DNA from: Candidatus Atelocyanobacterium thalassae
GTDB taxonomy: Bacteria > Cyanobacteriota > Cyanobacteriia > Cyanobacteriales > Microcystaceae
Direction of reading: 5' to 3'
Assembly (NCBI GenBank): GCA_051971635.1
Contig: JBFPLN010000001.1
Span: forward strand, 96,001-160,000
DNA: 64,000 bases
Part shown: one piece after another, positions 10,958 to 22,586 of the stretch
How the letters are laid out: every line of letters starts with the position of its first letter
How positions within the stretch are numbered: position 1 is the stretch's first letter
Position numbers and translations under genes: made by a program
Notes under the pieces: model-generated
What the model was told of the DNA's origin: nothing
Databases searched by the model: none
What the model saw: the letters and a program-made list of their open reading frames with translations, nothing else

Positions 10958-12316
10958 CTACTCTAATAGTGTTCTAACTGTACCATCCGGAATTAATACA
11001 AGACGAATTGATCTATTACTTAACGTTTTTAATGGAGAAATAAAAGGAGAACCGATTTTTGGAAATGGTATCTGAGAACGATAAACCATAGCTAAATGTC
11101 CTAAAGGAATACTTTTTTCTAAAGAACCATTACTTTCGATAATTAAGCGATATTCTATTGTTTGTTCTAAATTTTCTAAAGGCTTCCATCTTTCTTGGAA
11201 ATATTTTTGGATTTCACCAAGCTGAGAAAGACTATTAGGTAATTTATTCATTCTTTTATTGTCTGAATCAAGAAAATGGTCATATTTATTTGTTTTCTTG
11301 TCATCTCTTCTCGGAACTGAATTTTTTTGATTTAATATTGGTGGATTAGGTAATCTAGAGTATTTTGATAATGTATTAGAGTAGGATGAGGAATTAATAT
11401 TACTGGGATTTTTAATACTATTTTCATTAGTTAGTAGTGTGTTCGATTTGAAAGAAGAGTTTGATGGATTTTTTAATGGAAATTGAATCGTCGAAGGATT
11501 GGATTTACTTGAGGGTAGTATTGATCCAGTAACCTTTTTGGGAGGTGATAGTGGAGACAACTGAGATAACAATGGAGACAAAGATAGAGAAGGTAGGGAA
11601 GGCTTCTGCAATGGAGGAACGGGAGGAACAACATCCAGAAATGAAAGAATATTTTCTTGAGTTTTTAATGGTTTTGCAGTGTGTACATCTTTTGGTTTTA
11701 ATGTCTTATAAAATTTAATTCCAACAACAAAAAAATTAATAGAAATAAATATAATTATTAATTTCTTATTCAAAGTAAGGAGTTGGTTTCTAGGAAAAGC
11801 TTTTTTTCTACTTGTTAATATAGTTATAGTGTGAATATACTTTTCTAAAGCATATAGAAGATCAAATAATTGACAAGAATTAAGTACAACCGATGAGCAG
11901 GTATAGTTATTTGCTAGATTTCCAAAGACAAGATTATGAGTAAATAAATTATCAGAAAAAAGATAAGGATCTGATCTAGGAGCTTTCTTTTTCCACTCTT
12001 TAATATTGGGATTGATCAATAAATAGTGATCTAGTGAACTATTCTGAGAAATTATAAAAGAAGTAGTATGGTTAAGATTTTTATCTATATAAGATTGGAC
12101 TATATTGTATAGTGAGCTCAACTGAGAGTGGCTACCTGAAATACCTATTTGGTCCTCTATTAAGAGCTTAGGATCATCGAAGAACAACTCAAATTCGATA
12201 TCACCTAACAATATGGGTTTTTGTAAGCGAAGTAGCAAAGAACGTTTATCCCATATTTTTAAAGTACAGGTAGGTGGTGTAAAAGTCTGTAAAAGGTGAT
12301 TACTCAGCAATGTCAT
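10958..12316 (-). CDS. DUF4335-like cyanobacterial membrane protein with Pro-rich linker
   Basis: N-term TPPTCTL..W, QLFDL..ALE motif, one TM, Pro/Ser linker, C-term YFQERWKP..LEQTIEYRL; downstream of DUF3038-like gene. Confidence 0.7.
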   Translation of the reverse strand: MTLLSNHLLQTFTPPTCTLKIWDKRSLLLRLQKPILLGDIEFELFFDDPKLLIEDQIGISGSHSQLSSLYNIVQSYIDKNLNHTTSFIISQNSSLDHYLLINPNIKEWKKKAPRSDPYLFSDNLFTHNLVFGNLANNYTCSSVVLNSCQLFDLLYALEKYIHTITILTSRKKAFPRNQLLTLNKKLIIIFISINFFVVGIKFYKTLKPKDVHTAKPLKTQENILSFLDVVPPVPPLQKPSLPSLSLSPLLSQLSPLSPPKKVTGSILPSSKSNPSTIQFPLKNPSNSSFKSNTLLTNENSIKNPSNINSSSYSNTLSKYSRLPNPPILNQKNSVPRRDDKKTNKYDHFLDSDNKRMNKLPNSLSQLGEIQKYFQERWKPLENLEQTIEYRLIIESNGSLEKSIPLGHLAMVYRSQIPFPKIGSPFISPLKTLSNRSIRLVLIPDGTVRTLLE

Positions 12317-12929
12317 GAAAGTTTTGAATAGAATTCAACGAACTATAGTTTAATGAGGTTGACCACAAACGAATATATCCATTGTCTGAACTATAAAACA
12401 ATAAGTCTAATAATAGTTTAGAGGCAAATTTATGTTCCTCATCTATGGATAATTTTTTGGCTTCTTTCATTTTATAATTATAGTAGTAATTAAAATTATT
12501 AAAATATTTACCAAGTAGTGTACTCTCCCTTGGATCTTTATTTTGTTCAGTCATTTGTTCAAGCAAAGTAATAGCTCTACGAATTAATTCCTGATGCTGT
12601 CCAATAACATAACATATTAAAATCGTTGACAATTTTGTTTGTTTTAAAGTGTAACCTTTTAAAAAAATTCGAGATTCTTCCTTATCCTGATCAGACCAAA
12701 GTTTAATTTCTCCTGCTAGGTATGTATTAATTCCTAAGTCTAAAGAGGATTGAAATATTGTTTCTGTACTAATGGGAATTAAAGATTCACTGACTAATAA
12801 GATTAGATCTAAATAAGAATGGATATAAGTAAGCTTTTCGTAACTGCAGAACTTACTTGAAGGTTCATTGATCCAAGAATCCATCGCAATAGAGTTAATG
12901 ACGACTGAAGACATATAGTGTTTTCCCAA
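12300..12929 (-). CDS. DUF3038-like cyanobacterial protein (divergent)
   Basis: LDLILL..ESL, QELIRRAITLLEQ, KLLLDLLFYS..GY.RLW; overlaps the DUF4335-like gene by 17 nt. Confidence 0.7.
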   Translation of the reverse strand: MGKHYMSSVVINSIAMDSWINEPSSKFCSYEKLTYIHSYLDLILLVSESLIPISTETIFQSSLDLGINTYLAGEIKLWSDQDKEESRIFLKGYTLKQTKLSTILICYVIGQHQELIRRAITLLEQMTEQNKDPRESTLLGKYFNNFNYYYNYKMKEAKKLSIDEEHKFASKLLLDLLFYSSDNGYIRLWSTSLNYSSLNSIQNFHDIAE

Positions 12930-13226
12930 ACTTAATTTACTATCAAACCTAAAAAATGATTATTCTTAACGATGGTAATTTAAACAAATTCAAAAATAGT
13001 TTATATCACGATTCTTAAAAGATAAAATAAAAGTTATATTGATACTTCTTTTAAATTAGTTTAACTATAAAGTAATATTTTTTAAATCAAGAGAAAGTAA
13101 TATTTTATTTGTAATTTATACACAATATACTTGTTTTCTATAATAGAAATTACAACATCTTCGCCTATCTTCATTTAACATTGATAGAATATGAAGTAAT
13201 GACAAATTTCCAGAACTATAATATCT

Positions 13227-14597
13227 ATGAAAATAACCCAGGAAAAACTTCCTAACAGTCAAATCGGTTTAGAAATTGAGATCCCTGCCGAAACCGCTAA
13301 AAAAGCTTATGAAATTAAGATTAATACTTTGGCCCGTACCGCCAATATTCCTGGGTTTCGGAAAGGAAAAGTACCTCGGACAATTCTTTTACAACGCCTA
13401 GGAACCCGCTATATTAAAGCAGCTACTTTGGAAGAATTAGTACAAGATAGCTTAAAAAAAGCTATTGATAAAGAATCTATAAAAACTATAGGAAACTACA
13501 GTCTACAAGACAATTTAGACAAATTAATTGATGAATTTCAACCTGGTCAGCCTTTTACTTTTTCAGCCAAGATAGATGTTCCTCCGTCAGTTCAACTAGA
13601 GATGTATAAAGAATTATCTATAAAGGCAGAAGAGAAAAAATATGATGTGGAACAAGTTGAGAACTGGTTAAAAGAACGTCAAGAAAAGTTAGCAACTTTA
13701 GTTCCTATTGAGGATCGTCAATCTCAAATGGGTGATGTAGCTATAGTCGATTACAAAGGTTTTCTAACTTCTGAAGGAAAAGTTGCAGAACAACCAATTG
13801 AAGGTGTAGAAGGGAAAGATTTTCGTGTTGATCTTGAAAAAGGAAAATTTATTGAAGGAATGATAGAAGGAATAATAGGTATGAAACCTGGAGATTCTAA
13901 AGAACTACCATTAGTTTTCCCAGATGATTATCCTAGAGAGGACTTAGCTAAAAAATCTGTTAGTTTTAATATCAGTCTAAAAGAACTAAAGGCTAAAGAA
14001 TTACCTGAATTAGACGATGATTTTGCTGATGAAGTAAGCGAATTTGAAACAATAACTCAATTAAGAGAATCCTTAGAGAAACAGTTTATTGAATCTGCTA
14101 AATCAGAAACTAAAAGCAATATCCATAACGCAATTACAGAGGAGTTAAGCAAAAACTGCAATGTAGATCTTCCTGATACTTTAGTACAAGAGGAAATAAC
14201 TAAGCTCCTAACACAGACAGCAATGAAAATGGAAGAAATGGGAGTTGACTTGGCAGAGATTTTTAACCAAGAGAATTTACCTAACTTAAGAAAGAATGCT
14301 CATCCTGAAGCCGTAGAAAGACTCAAAAAAATTCTTATTCTTAAAGAAATAGCTTCGACTGAAGCTATTAGAGTAGAAGAGGAAGAAATTGAAAAGAAAA
14401 ATGATGAGTTTAAAGAAAAGCTTAAAGGACAAAATATTGACCTTGATAAATTATATGTAACAGTAAAAGAACAACTAATAGTTGAGAAGACTTTGGACTG
14501 GTTGGAAGAGCAATCAAAGATTGAATTGTGTGAGTCAGGCAGTTTAGAAAAGACAGAAAACTTAGGTATTATTGAAGAAGCGACTTCGGAAGCCTAA
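13227..14597 (+). CDS. tig: Trigger factor
   Basis: IPGFRKGKVP ribosome-binding signature, FKBP domain, LPELDDDFA. Confidence 0.96.
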   Translation: MKITQEKLPNSQIGLEIEIPAETAKKAYEIKINTLARTANIPGFRKGKVPRTILLQRLGTRYIKAATLEELVQDSLKKAIDKESIKTIGNYSLQDNLDKLIDEFQPGQPFTFSAKIDVPPSVQLEMYKELSIKAEEKKYDVEQVENWLKERQEKLATLVPIEDRQSQMGDVAIVDYKGFLTSEGKVAEQPIEGVEGKDFRVDLEKGKFIEGMIEGIIGMKPGDSKELPLVFPDDYPREDLAKKSVSFNISLKELKAKELPELDDDFADEVSEFETITQLRESLEKQFIESAKSETKSNIHNAITEELSKNCNVDLPDTLVQEEITKLLTQTAMKMEEMGVDLAEIFNQENLPNLRKNAHPEAVERLKKILILKEIASTEAIRVEEEEIEKKNDEFKEKLKGQNIDLDKLYVTVKEQLIVEKTLDWLEEQSKIELCESGSLEKTENLGIIEEATSEA

Positions 14598-14614
14598 TTT
14601 TTATAATTTATAAT

Positions 14615-14648
14615 GTAGAGGTATTAATAGTATTATCCTCTACTATTT
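14615..14648 (+). terminator. Putative terminator after tig
   Basis: GTAGAGG...CCTCTAC stem followed by TATTT. Confidence 0.45.
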
Positions 14649-14980
14649 AGTATTTATTATAAAACTTATAGAAGAGTTTTTATATAAAAGAAATATAGTC
14701 TATTAAAAATATCTAAATAACTAATTTTTCTATCTATTTGGATATCTTAATTATAATAATCGTTGTGAAAAATTATCTAATTAATGAATTTATGTAACTA
14801 TTTTATCTACTGATTAGTTTTTCGTAATATAACTTTTTAAAATAAAAATATATTCCTAGCGAACTAGATAAATTTTCTTTGTTTTTGATATGATTTATAG
14901 AATTTGATTCTTAACAATACTTAAAAACTATAATTATAAGTTTTATGAGAAGATAACGTACGCCAAAAATATAATTTAGA

Positions 14981-15463
14981 ATGGAATTTGCATTTACAAT
15001 GTCTAAAACTAATTTACTCTCTGAAAGCTCTGATATTACGAACAATGACTATTGTATATTTGGATTAGCAACTTGTTTTTTAAAAAATGATGGAGAATTT
15101 AATGAAGTTCAGATTATTGAACCTATTCCTTCATCAGCATTAGAAATCCTTTTGAAAGGTATTCCAACTTCTTATAAATTTATTTGTGCTATGCCTATTG
15201 GAAACATAGCAACGGATGAAGAATTAATAAAAACTATACATTTCCCTGAGGAAGCAAAATTTTGCGATCTTTTTCTTGAGCGTACTATTGCTGCTGCAAG
15301 AACATATAAGAGAAATCCTCATGCCTGTTCCCAAATTTCTTTAGGTAGTACTAAAGAAGATCTAAATTTTTCTTTAGAGAAGAAAAGAGTGTTGAATACA
15401 GTACATTCAGTTACAGCAGAAGATAATGTTAAACAACATTCTCATACTCATGCAAAGCTCTAA
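14981..15463 (+). CDS. Conserved cyanobacterial hypothetical protein
   Basis: DYCIFGLATCF...IIEPIPS..LE...GIPTSY...DNVKQHSHTH pattern; intact 160-aa ORF. Confidence 0.7.
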   Translation: MEFAFTMSKTNLLSESSDITNNDYCIFGLATCFLKNDGEFNEVQIIEPIPSSALEILLKGIPTSYKFICAMPIGNIATDEELIKTIHFPEEAKFCDLFLERTIAAARTYKRNPHACSQISLGSTKEDLNFSLEKKRVLNTVHSVTAEDNVKQHSHTHAKL

Positions 15464-15474
15464 GTCATGAAAAA

Positions 15475-16818
15475 TTAATTTGATATTTTTCCCGTCAAAC
15501 TAAAAGGTCGAGCTTCTGTAATTTTGACATTTACCAATTGACCTTTGAGGCTGTTAATATTTCCCTGAAAAAAAGTCAGCCTATTTTTCCTTGTTCTTCC
15601 CATTACCTGATTATTTTCTTTAGGATTTTCTTGTTCTACTAAAATTTCTTCTATGTTTCCCAGATATTTTTGAGAATTTTGAGCCGCTTTTTGTCCTACT
15701 AAATGGTTGAGTCTCTGTAAACGATCACTCTTAGTATTATCGTCTAACTGCTCTTTCCACGTAGCAGCGGGAGTACCAGGACGAGGGGAGTATGCTGCAG
15801 TATTTAACTGATCAAACCCAATGTCTTCTACTAATTGCAAGGTATTTTGGAATTGTTGTTCTGTTTCTCCTGGAAATCCTACTATAGCATCAGCAGTAAT
15901 AGAAGCGTTAGGCATATAGAACCTGATTTTATCGACTAATTGTCTGTATCTTTGGTGTGTGTAGCCTCTTTTCATTCTTTTTAAGATATCATTGTCACCT
16001 GATTGAAAAGGTATATGAAAATGCTCACAAATTTTTGGTAACTCATAACATGCACGAATTAATCTTTCTGTAAAATATCGAGGATGGCTTGTCGCAAACC
16101 TTATTCTCTTAATGTCAGAGACTTCATGAATTTTATATAATAAGTCGGTAAAAGTATATTGATTCCTTCCTGTTTCAGTTGTGCCAGGTAAATCTCTACC
16201 ATAAGCGTCGATATTTTGACCTAATAAAGTAACCTCTTTGTATCCTTGTTGTTCTAACAATTTGATTTCAGAGCAAATATCTTCAGGAGTACGCGATTGT
16301 TCTATTCCTCTGACATTAGGAACAACACAATAGCTACATCTCTCATTACAACCATATATAATGTTTACCCAAGCTGTTACTTTACTAGCTCTACGTGGTT
16401 TTGTAATATCTTCAATAATATGAATAGGTTCAGTCGCAACAACTTGATTGCCTTTAAATACTTGTTCCAACAAATCTCCAAGAGAATTAACATGTTGTGG
16501 ACCCATAACTAAATCGATTTCAGGAACTCTTCTGAGTATTTTTTCTCCTTCTTGTTGAGCTACACAACCTGCTATAGCAAGAACCAGATTTGGATCTTTA
16601 TGCTTACGTTTAGCTTGTTTTCCTAGGTAAGAGTAAACTTTTTGTTCAGCACTGTCTCTAATGGTACAAGTGTTGTATAAAATTAAATTTGCTTGGTCAG
16701 GATCGTTTGACCATTGAAAACCTATATCTTCTAAAGTACCTGCCATACGTTCTGAGTCAGCTTTATTCATCTGACAACCAAAAGTGACAATATGGTAGTA
16801 TCGTGGGTTAGACATCAT
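15475..16818 (-). CDS. miaB: tRNA-2-methylthio-i6A synthase MiaB
   Basis: [12 protein letters not shown], radical [21 protein letters not shown] domain. Confidence 0.96.
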   Translation of the reverse strand: MMSNPRYYHIVTFGCQMNKADSERMAGTLEDIGFQWSNDPDQANLILYNTCTIRDSAEQKVYSYLGKQAKRKHKDPNLVLAIAGCVAQQEGEKILRRVPEIDLVMGPQHVNSLGDLLEQVFKGNQVVATEPIHIIEDITKPRRASKVTAWVNIIYGCNERCSYCVVPNVRGIEQSRTPEDICSEIKLLEQQGYKEVTLLGQNIDAYGRDLPGTTETGRNQYTFTDLLYKIHEVSDIKRIRFATSHPRYFTERLIRACYELPKICEHFHIPFQSGDNDILKRMKRGYTHQRYRQLVDKIRFYMPNASITADAIVGFPGETEQQFQNTLQLVEDIGFDQLNTAAYSPRPGTPAATWKEQLDDNTKSDRLQRLNHLVGQKAAQNSQKYLGNIEEILVEQENPKENNQVMGRTRKNRLTFFQGNINSLKGQLVNVKITEARPFSLTGKISN

Positions 16819-17002
16819 AATTACTTTTTTTAAATTTTGGTAGTTAATTGTACTTAAAAAATCTTACACATAGCAAAAAGACAAAAGACTTTATAACTAT
16901 TTATTAACTCTATAAATATACTGTATATAATTTATATTATGGTACAGTCATTCTTTCTTGTTTAAGATATTCATAATATGAAAACATAATAGTATGGTAG
17001 AT

Positions 17003-18594
17003 ATGTTAGTAGATAAAATTATTAAAAAAAAAAATTACTAATTGCTATTTTTTCCCTTGTGCTTCCACTAGGAAATATTTTTGCTTCAAAAGTCTTTGCA
17101 CAAGATCTCAACCTTAGCGTTGGTATAGTTCAAAGATTTGGAGAAAAGAAAGGAGATAAAATTTCTTTAACCACTAGTAATCAGAATAACCTGACTATTA
17201 AATTTCAGAACTCTAAGGGACATTTTCAAACTCTAACTGCACACCAAATAACTCTCAACATTCTAAATCGACCACTATCTAAATCTCTTTTAAAAGAATA
17301 TATCGTTCTTAGTGATCATGCTACCTTTGAGACTGCTGAAGATGATTCTAAGAAATGGCAAAAAAAGGGTATTCAAACTGAGATTGTGCAGCCAGGAAGA
17401 TGGCAAGTTTGGGCAAAGAGAGAAGTTTATGAAACACCTCTATTAAGGCGTTGGTTACTTAATACTCTTAAAGAAAAAGGTCATATCAGACCATACATGG
17501 AGTCCACTGTTTTAGGAAACAAGTCTCAGGCAACGTTTACTATCGATGGAGAACAATATCATAGTGATCATATTGAAATTATTCCCGATAATCATCCTAT
17601 TTATGTAATTGATTTAGAACAGAAGAAAAGAGCTTATCCTGGTAGTCTAAGATTACAGCCTAATGCATATGGCACATATACTCTAATTAACTATGTTCCA
17701 TTAGAAATGTATTTAAGAGGTGTTGTCCCTCACGAGATTGGACCTAATGCTCCAGTCAATGCGGTAAAAGCTCAAGCAATTATTGCCCGTACATATGCTC
17801 TACGTAATTTGAGGAGATTTAAAGCAGATGATTATGAGCTTTGTGCCAGTACACATTGTCAAGTGTATTATGGACTTAGTGGAATTAATTTGAAAATAGA
17901 TAAAGCAATCAATGACACGAAGAATTTAGTTTTAACCTATGACAACAAGTTGGTAGACGCTCTTTACTCTTCAACTACGGGAGGAGTTACAGCTAATTTT
18001 ACTGATGTTTGGGATGGAGAAGCAAGGCCTTATTTAAAAGCAATCGTTGACTCTCCTCAAAATAGTATATGGAACTTATCTTTAACGTCCCTACAGAAAG
18101 AAAAAGATTTTCGCAACTTTATTAAGTTAACCAAAGGCTTTAATGAAACTGGAAGGAGTGCTTTTCGCTGGGAACATAAAGTTACTAAAGTTAAGTTAGC
18201 TAGAGACCTACAAAAATATTTATCATTACAAAAGCATCCTTTATCAAATTTCAAAATTATCAACTCTATAAAAATTATTGAACGCTCAGTTTCTGGAAGA
18301 ATTTTAAAAGCCTTGGTGGATACAGATATAGGAATTATCGAACTAGAAAAAAATGAAGTTCGTAGTGCATTTAGTCCCCCAAAAAGTACCCTTTTTTATC
18401 TTGATCCTTTATACGATAAGCAAAATAAAATTACAGGCTACACGTTCATTGGTGGTGGATTCGGTCATGGAGTAGGGCTCAGTCAGTACGGATCTTATAA
18501 TTTAGCGAACTTAGGATGGAATGAAAATAAAATTCTTTATTTTTATTATCCTGGTACTAAAGTTATGTTTTTAGATGATTCAATTATTTTTTAG
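17003..18594 (+). CDS. SpoIID/LytB domain protein; signal peptide separated from the body by a frameshift in an A11 tract (track start 17059 is an internal GTG)
   Basis: LEMYLRGVVPHEIG, KAQAIIARTYA, LCASTHCQVY, YSSTTGG, GGGFGHGVGLSQYG; ATG 17003 frame stops at 17039 unless the A-run length changes. Confidence 0.85.
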
Positions 18595-18690
18595 AAGTAT
18601 ATTATCCGTTTTTGTAAAATTACTTCGAATCTAATTTTCTTATTAATTAAGTAAGAAACAAACAAGTTAAGAAATATTTCTTTATTCATT

Positions 18691-20739
18691 ATGTTCAAGA
18701 AAGCTAATTACTTTTTTATAATTTTTTCATTGACCTTAGTGACTTCACGATTTCTTAACTCTTCTGTTTTGGCTGTTTCTTCTCGTAATCCTGATGAAGA
18801 GATAAAATGCGAAATACTAATTATTGGTGGAGGTCTTGCTGGTACTGCTGCTGCTTATGAAGGTTTATTGGCTGGGAGAACGGTCTGTTTAACAGAGATT
18901 ACAGATTGGATTGGAGGGCAAATTTCTTCGCAAGGAACTTCCGCGTTAGATGAGAGACCTACTCAACGATCACAACTATTTTATCCTCGAGGATATCTAG
19001 AATTAAGAGAACGCCTCAAACAATTATATGGGGAACTAAATCCAGGAAATTGTTGGGTTAGTGAATCTTGTTTTATGCCGCAAGACGGCCATGAAATCTT
19101 AATGGATATGTTAAAAAGTGCTGAAAAGGAAGGAAAGGGAACTTTTATATGGCTTCCTTCAACCATAGTAAAAGATTTAAATATTAGCAAAAACTCAGAC
19201 AAAAAAATAGGAAAGCAAATTACAGATGTTATTGCTATTCAACATTATCCCACTAAAACTACGTTTCCTCTAAATTTGTATCCCTTATCCCAAATTATTA
19301 AAGATATATATTCTTATGGGAATTCTGATAAATTAAATAAAAAAATTATTCGTTTTGTTCCGAAAACCTATAATCAATTAGCTCCTTTAGAATCGGCCGA
19401 TTGGTATATTATTGAAGCTACAGAAACAGGGGAAATTATAGCTTTATCTGATGTTCCTTATCGTCTGGGAATTGATCCAGTATCTTATTTAGAACCTTCT
19501 TCTTCAAGTGAAAACGGCAATTCTTCTTGCACACAGGGTTTTACCTATACATTTGCTATGAAAACTATCTTGCAGACTATAGTCCATAAAATACCTAAAT
19601 TTTATCACCAGTATTCACCTTACTACAGCTACGAATTAGAACGTTTAGCTGATTTTGATTTGATTCATACTTATCGTCGCATCTGGAGTTCTAATAAAGG
19701 ACAAGCTAAAAATTTTCATGGAATAAAATTTTCAATACCTATGCCTGAAGATATTTCAATGCAAAATTGGACATGGGGTAATGATTATCGCCCAGGTAGT
19801 GTTAAAGACAATTTAATTTACACGCGTAGACAATTAAAAAATATGAATCAGTTAAATCCTGGCAAGTGGATGGGGGGACTTCGTAAGGAAGCTCTTCGCA
19901 AAGGTGAAGAACATGCTAAAGGTTATTTTTACTGGTTAATATTAGGAACTACAGACTCTCAAATAAAGAAAGGAAGAAAAAAAATAAATAAAAATACTAG
20001 TTACTTAAAAGGATTGAAATCTCCTATGGGTACGTATTTTGGTCTATCGAAATATCCCTATATTCGTGAATCAAGACGTATATTAGGTCGAAAGTCTTTT
20101 ACCCACAGAAATGGATTTTCAATTAATGAAATTGATATTTCACGTCAAAATTATAGCGATAAATACTACCAGAAAGCTTTATCTTTTAGAAATTATCAAC
20201 AATTAAAAAAAGTCCTGGCAGGATATGATAATTTTTCAAATCCTAATAAAGAAAGACTTTTGAGATCAGTACTTAGCCGTAAAAGATCAACAATTTATCC
20301 CGATTCTGTAGGTATTGGTCATTATGCTATAGATTTTCATCCTTGCATGAATGAAGAAATACCGGAAAAGTTAGGAAACAATGAACGAAAGGGCGAAAGG
20401 CAAGGTCAAGGAAAAACTTTTCCTTTTCAAATACCTTTGAGGGCAATGCTACCTCAAGAAATTGATAATCTTATTATTGCAGGAAAAGGTATTGCAACTA
20501 GTCATATTGCTGCAGCAGCTTACCGAGTTCACTCCTTTGAGTGGTCATCAGGTGCAGCAGCAGGTACCATAGCAGATTTTGCTATTAATGAAAAAGTTCT
20601 ACCTTATCAGATAATTACAAACCCCTTCCTTCGATCTTTTAAGCTACAAAAATTGCAAAAAAAATTAAATGGTAATCAAAATCCAACAAAATTTCCAAAC
20701 ACATCTATTTTTAATCGAAATTGGGACTACTGGAAGTAG
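18691..20739 (+). CDS. Exported FAD-dependent oxidoreductase
   Basis: Signal peptide; ILIIGGGLAG dinucleotide-binding motif; WIGGQISSQG; PYIRESRR; FQIPLRAM. Confidence 0.85.
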   Translation: MFKKANYFFIIFSLTLVTSRFLNSSVLAVSSRNPDEEIKCEILIIGGGLAGTAAAYEGLLAGRTVCLTEITDWIGGQISSQGTSALDERPTQRSQLFYPRGYLELRERLKQLYGELNPGNCWVSESCFMPQDGHEILMDMLKSAEKEGKGTFIWLPSTIVKDLNISKNSDKKIGKQITDVIAIQHYPTKTTFPLNLYPLSQIIKDIYSYGNSDKLNKKIIRFVPKTYNQLAPLESADWYIIEATETGEIIALSDVPYRLGIDPVSYLEPSSSSENGNSSCTQGFTYTFAMKTILQTIVHKIPKFYHQYSPYYSYELERLADFDLIHTYRRIWSSNKGQAKNFHGIKFSIPMPEDISMQNWTWGNDYRPGSVKDNLIYTRRQLKNMNQLNPGKWMGGLRKEALRKGEEHAKGYFYWLILGTTDSQIKKGRKKINKNTSYLKGLKSPMGTYFGLSKYPYIRESRRILGRKSFTHRNGFSINEIDISRQNYSDKYYQKALSFRNYQQLKKVLAGYDNFSNPNKERLLRSVLSRKRSTIYPDSVGIGHYAIDFHPCMNEEIPEKLGNNERKGERQGQGKTFPFQIPLRAMLPQEIDNLIIAGKGIATSHIAAAAYRVHSFEWSSGAAAGTIADFAINEKVLPYQIITNPFLRSFKLQKLQKKLNGNQNPTKFPNTSIFNRNWDYWK

Positions 20740-20769
20740 TTGTTATTAATATAAAATTGAATAAAAAAT

Positions 20770-22125
20770 TTATTGAGCAATAAATACTCCTATTCCATTG
20801 TGAATTTTTGCGGCACTAAATGGAAACCGATCGACTAATTGGCCACCTAAAACTAAACTAGTAGAACTTCCTCCATCTAAATTTAAGGCACTAGTCGATC
20901 CTAATTTTTGCATAATTTGTATCATTTCATTTAAATTAACCCCATTACTACCTATACTATTATGAACTGTCACTAATATAATTTTTCCTTGGTTAGTAAT
21001 ACCTATTGCACTTCGAGAAGCTTTCTGCTTTTGAAAGCTTTTTGTAAATTTTTCATCTTGTATATTTAAAGAAACAAAGCCATTATTGATCAATAATGGT
21101 CCTGCACCTAATATATGAGGAAATTGATTAAATTTTTTAGGAATAGTATGACTTACTATTTTCAATCTGTTTCCTATAAGAAATAAATTAGATCTAAAAA
21201 TCTTTTTACGAATAACTAATAGATATCCATTGTTAGGAATATTATAAGACTGCTTTATCTTCTTGGATTTTTGCTTTTCTATCACCCTATCATTTTTGAT
21301 GGAAATAATAATTTCATTATTACTAATAGTTGTATATTTCTCTCCCCATTGAGGAGTATAACGAGATATTCCAGCTTGAATATATCCACTATTCAATCCT
21401 TGAATAGTAATTTCTTCGCCATTATCAACAATCAAAGTCTCTTGTAAACTTAAATTATCAATAAAGAATTTCCCATTTTCATTCCACCCAATAGCCCCAC
21501 GTTCTAGAATAGGACTCGATAACCAATTATTATCTTGACGAATAGCCCCTAAGGGTAGCTTATTGTTTCTATTAAAATAACCTCCATTAATTGCAGCCAC
21601 AACCTGCCATTTTTTGGCAATTTTTTCTAAGGAAGAAGTTCCAATTTGACTATTAAAATTACTAGTAATTGGTTTTAATATAACTTTCGAAGATTTATTA
21701 TCAATTTCCAGAAGATTTACGGGAAAAATATTATAACCTTTCCTACTCTTAACTGTTATGAACTGTTGTCTCCAAACAACACCTGGAACCCAGACAATTT
21801 CTTTAGGAAGAATTGTTTTCGTAAAATTATAGTCTTTATAGGGGTTAATCCTAGAAAAGGTAAAAGTGTTGGTGTGAAATGGATTAATATTAAATTTTAG
21901 TAACTCTATGTCTTCATTTGAGAAGAATAAATGCTTATCGAGTAAATAGTTCGTATTATTTATTATTTTATTAGCCCTATTTCTAACTTTTGGAAATAGA
22001 AGAGAATTGTTGTTGGAAGATATATTCTTAGCGTTTCCTACTCTATAAGTTAGTATACTAAAAGGTAATTCTAGTAATAGGATTATAGATATAAGCTTAA
22101 GGGAATACCAAATAGATCTAGTCAT
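20770..22125 (-). CDS. Phosphodiester glycosidase (NAGPA-like) family exported protein
   Basis: AAINGGYF, GAGPLL, RSAIG, ALNLDGGSST motifs. Confidence 0.85.
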   Translation of the reverse strand: MTRSIWYSLKLISIILLLELPFSILTYRVGNAKNISSNNNSLLFPKVRNRANKIINNTNYLLDKHLFFSNEDIELLKFNINPFHTNTFTFSRINPYKDYNFTKTILPKEIVWVPGVVWRQQFITVKSRKGYNIFPVNLLEIDNKSSKVILKPITSNFNSQIGTSSLEKIAKKWQVVAAINGGYFNRNNKLPLGAIRQDNNWLSSPILERGAIGWNENGKFFIDNLSLQETLIVDNGEEITIQGLNSGYIQAGISRYTPQWGEKYTTISNNEIIISIKNDRVIEKQKSKKIKQSYNIPNNGYLLVIRKKIFRSNLFLIGNRLKIVSHTIPKKFNQFPHILGAGPLLINNGFVSLNIQDEKFTKSFQKQKASRSAIGITNQGKIILVTVHNSIGSNGVNLNEMIQIMQKLGSTSALNLDGGSSTSLVLGGQLVDRFPFSAAKIHNGIGVFIAQ

Positions 22126-22409
22126 TTGTTAAATCTTTATCAAATATATTAAAAAGTATAGATACTATTTTAGGAAAGTTTATAACAACTTAAAAAAAAT
22201 ATGATTAGTTTATATCCTTTCTACGCTTCCATTGAAAATCAAAGTATTACCGATTATAGTTAATGAAAATTGTAACTTTTCTTAATTAGCTAGTCATTTA
22301 TATTCAAACCTAATAATTAAAAAATTAAAAACAACAAGAAATAAAATAACTTCTTGTTGTTCCAATTAGATACAAGGTTTGAAGGAAATTATTTATTACT
22401 TTTCAGCAA

Positions 22410-22586
22410 TTATAAATTTTCAGGAAAAATTTGTTCGAAATTTGCAATAAGTTCATCTAGTTCTTCAAGAGCTTGTTTTACATCAATTCTTAAAATACCT
22501 AGATCTGGTTTTTCTAAAAGTCCTACTAAAAATTCTCGTTTGTCTTTGATCAATTTTACTTGTTCCTGAATTGTTTCTTTAGTCAT
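22410..22586 (-). CDS. Small conserved cyanobacterial hypothetical protein (likely start MTKET at 22586)
   Basis: LLEKPDLGILRIDVKQALEELDELI amphipathic helix; upstream TTG extension in track is low-complexity. Confidence 0.6.
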   Translation of the reverse strand: MTKETIQEQVKLIKDKREFLVGLLEKPDLGILRIDVKQALEELDELIANFEQIFPENL

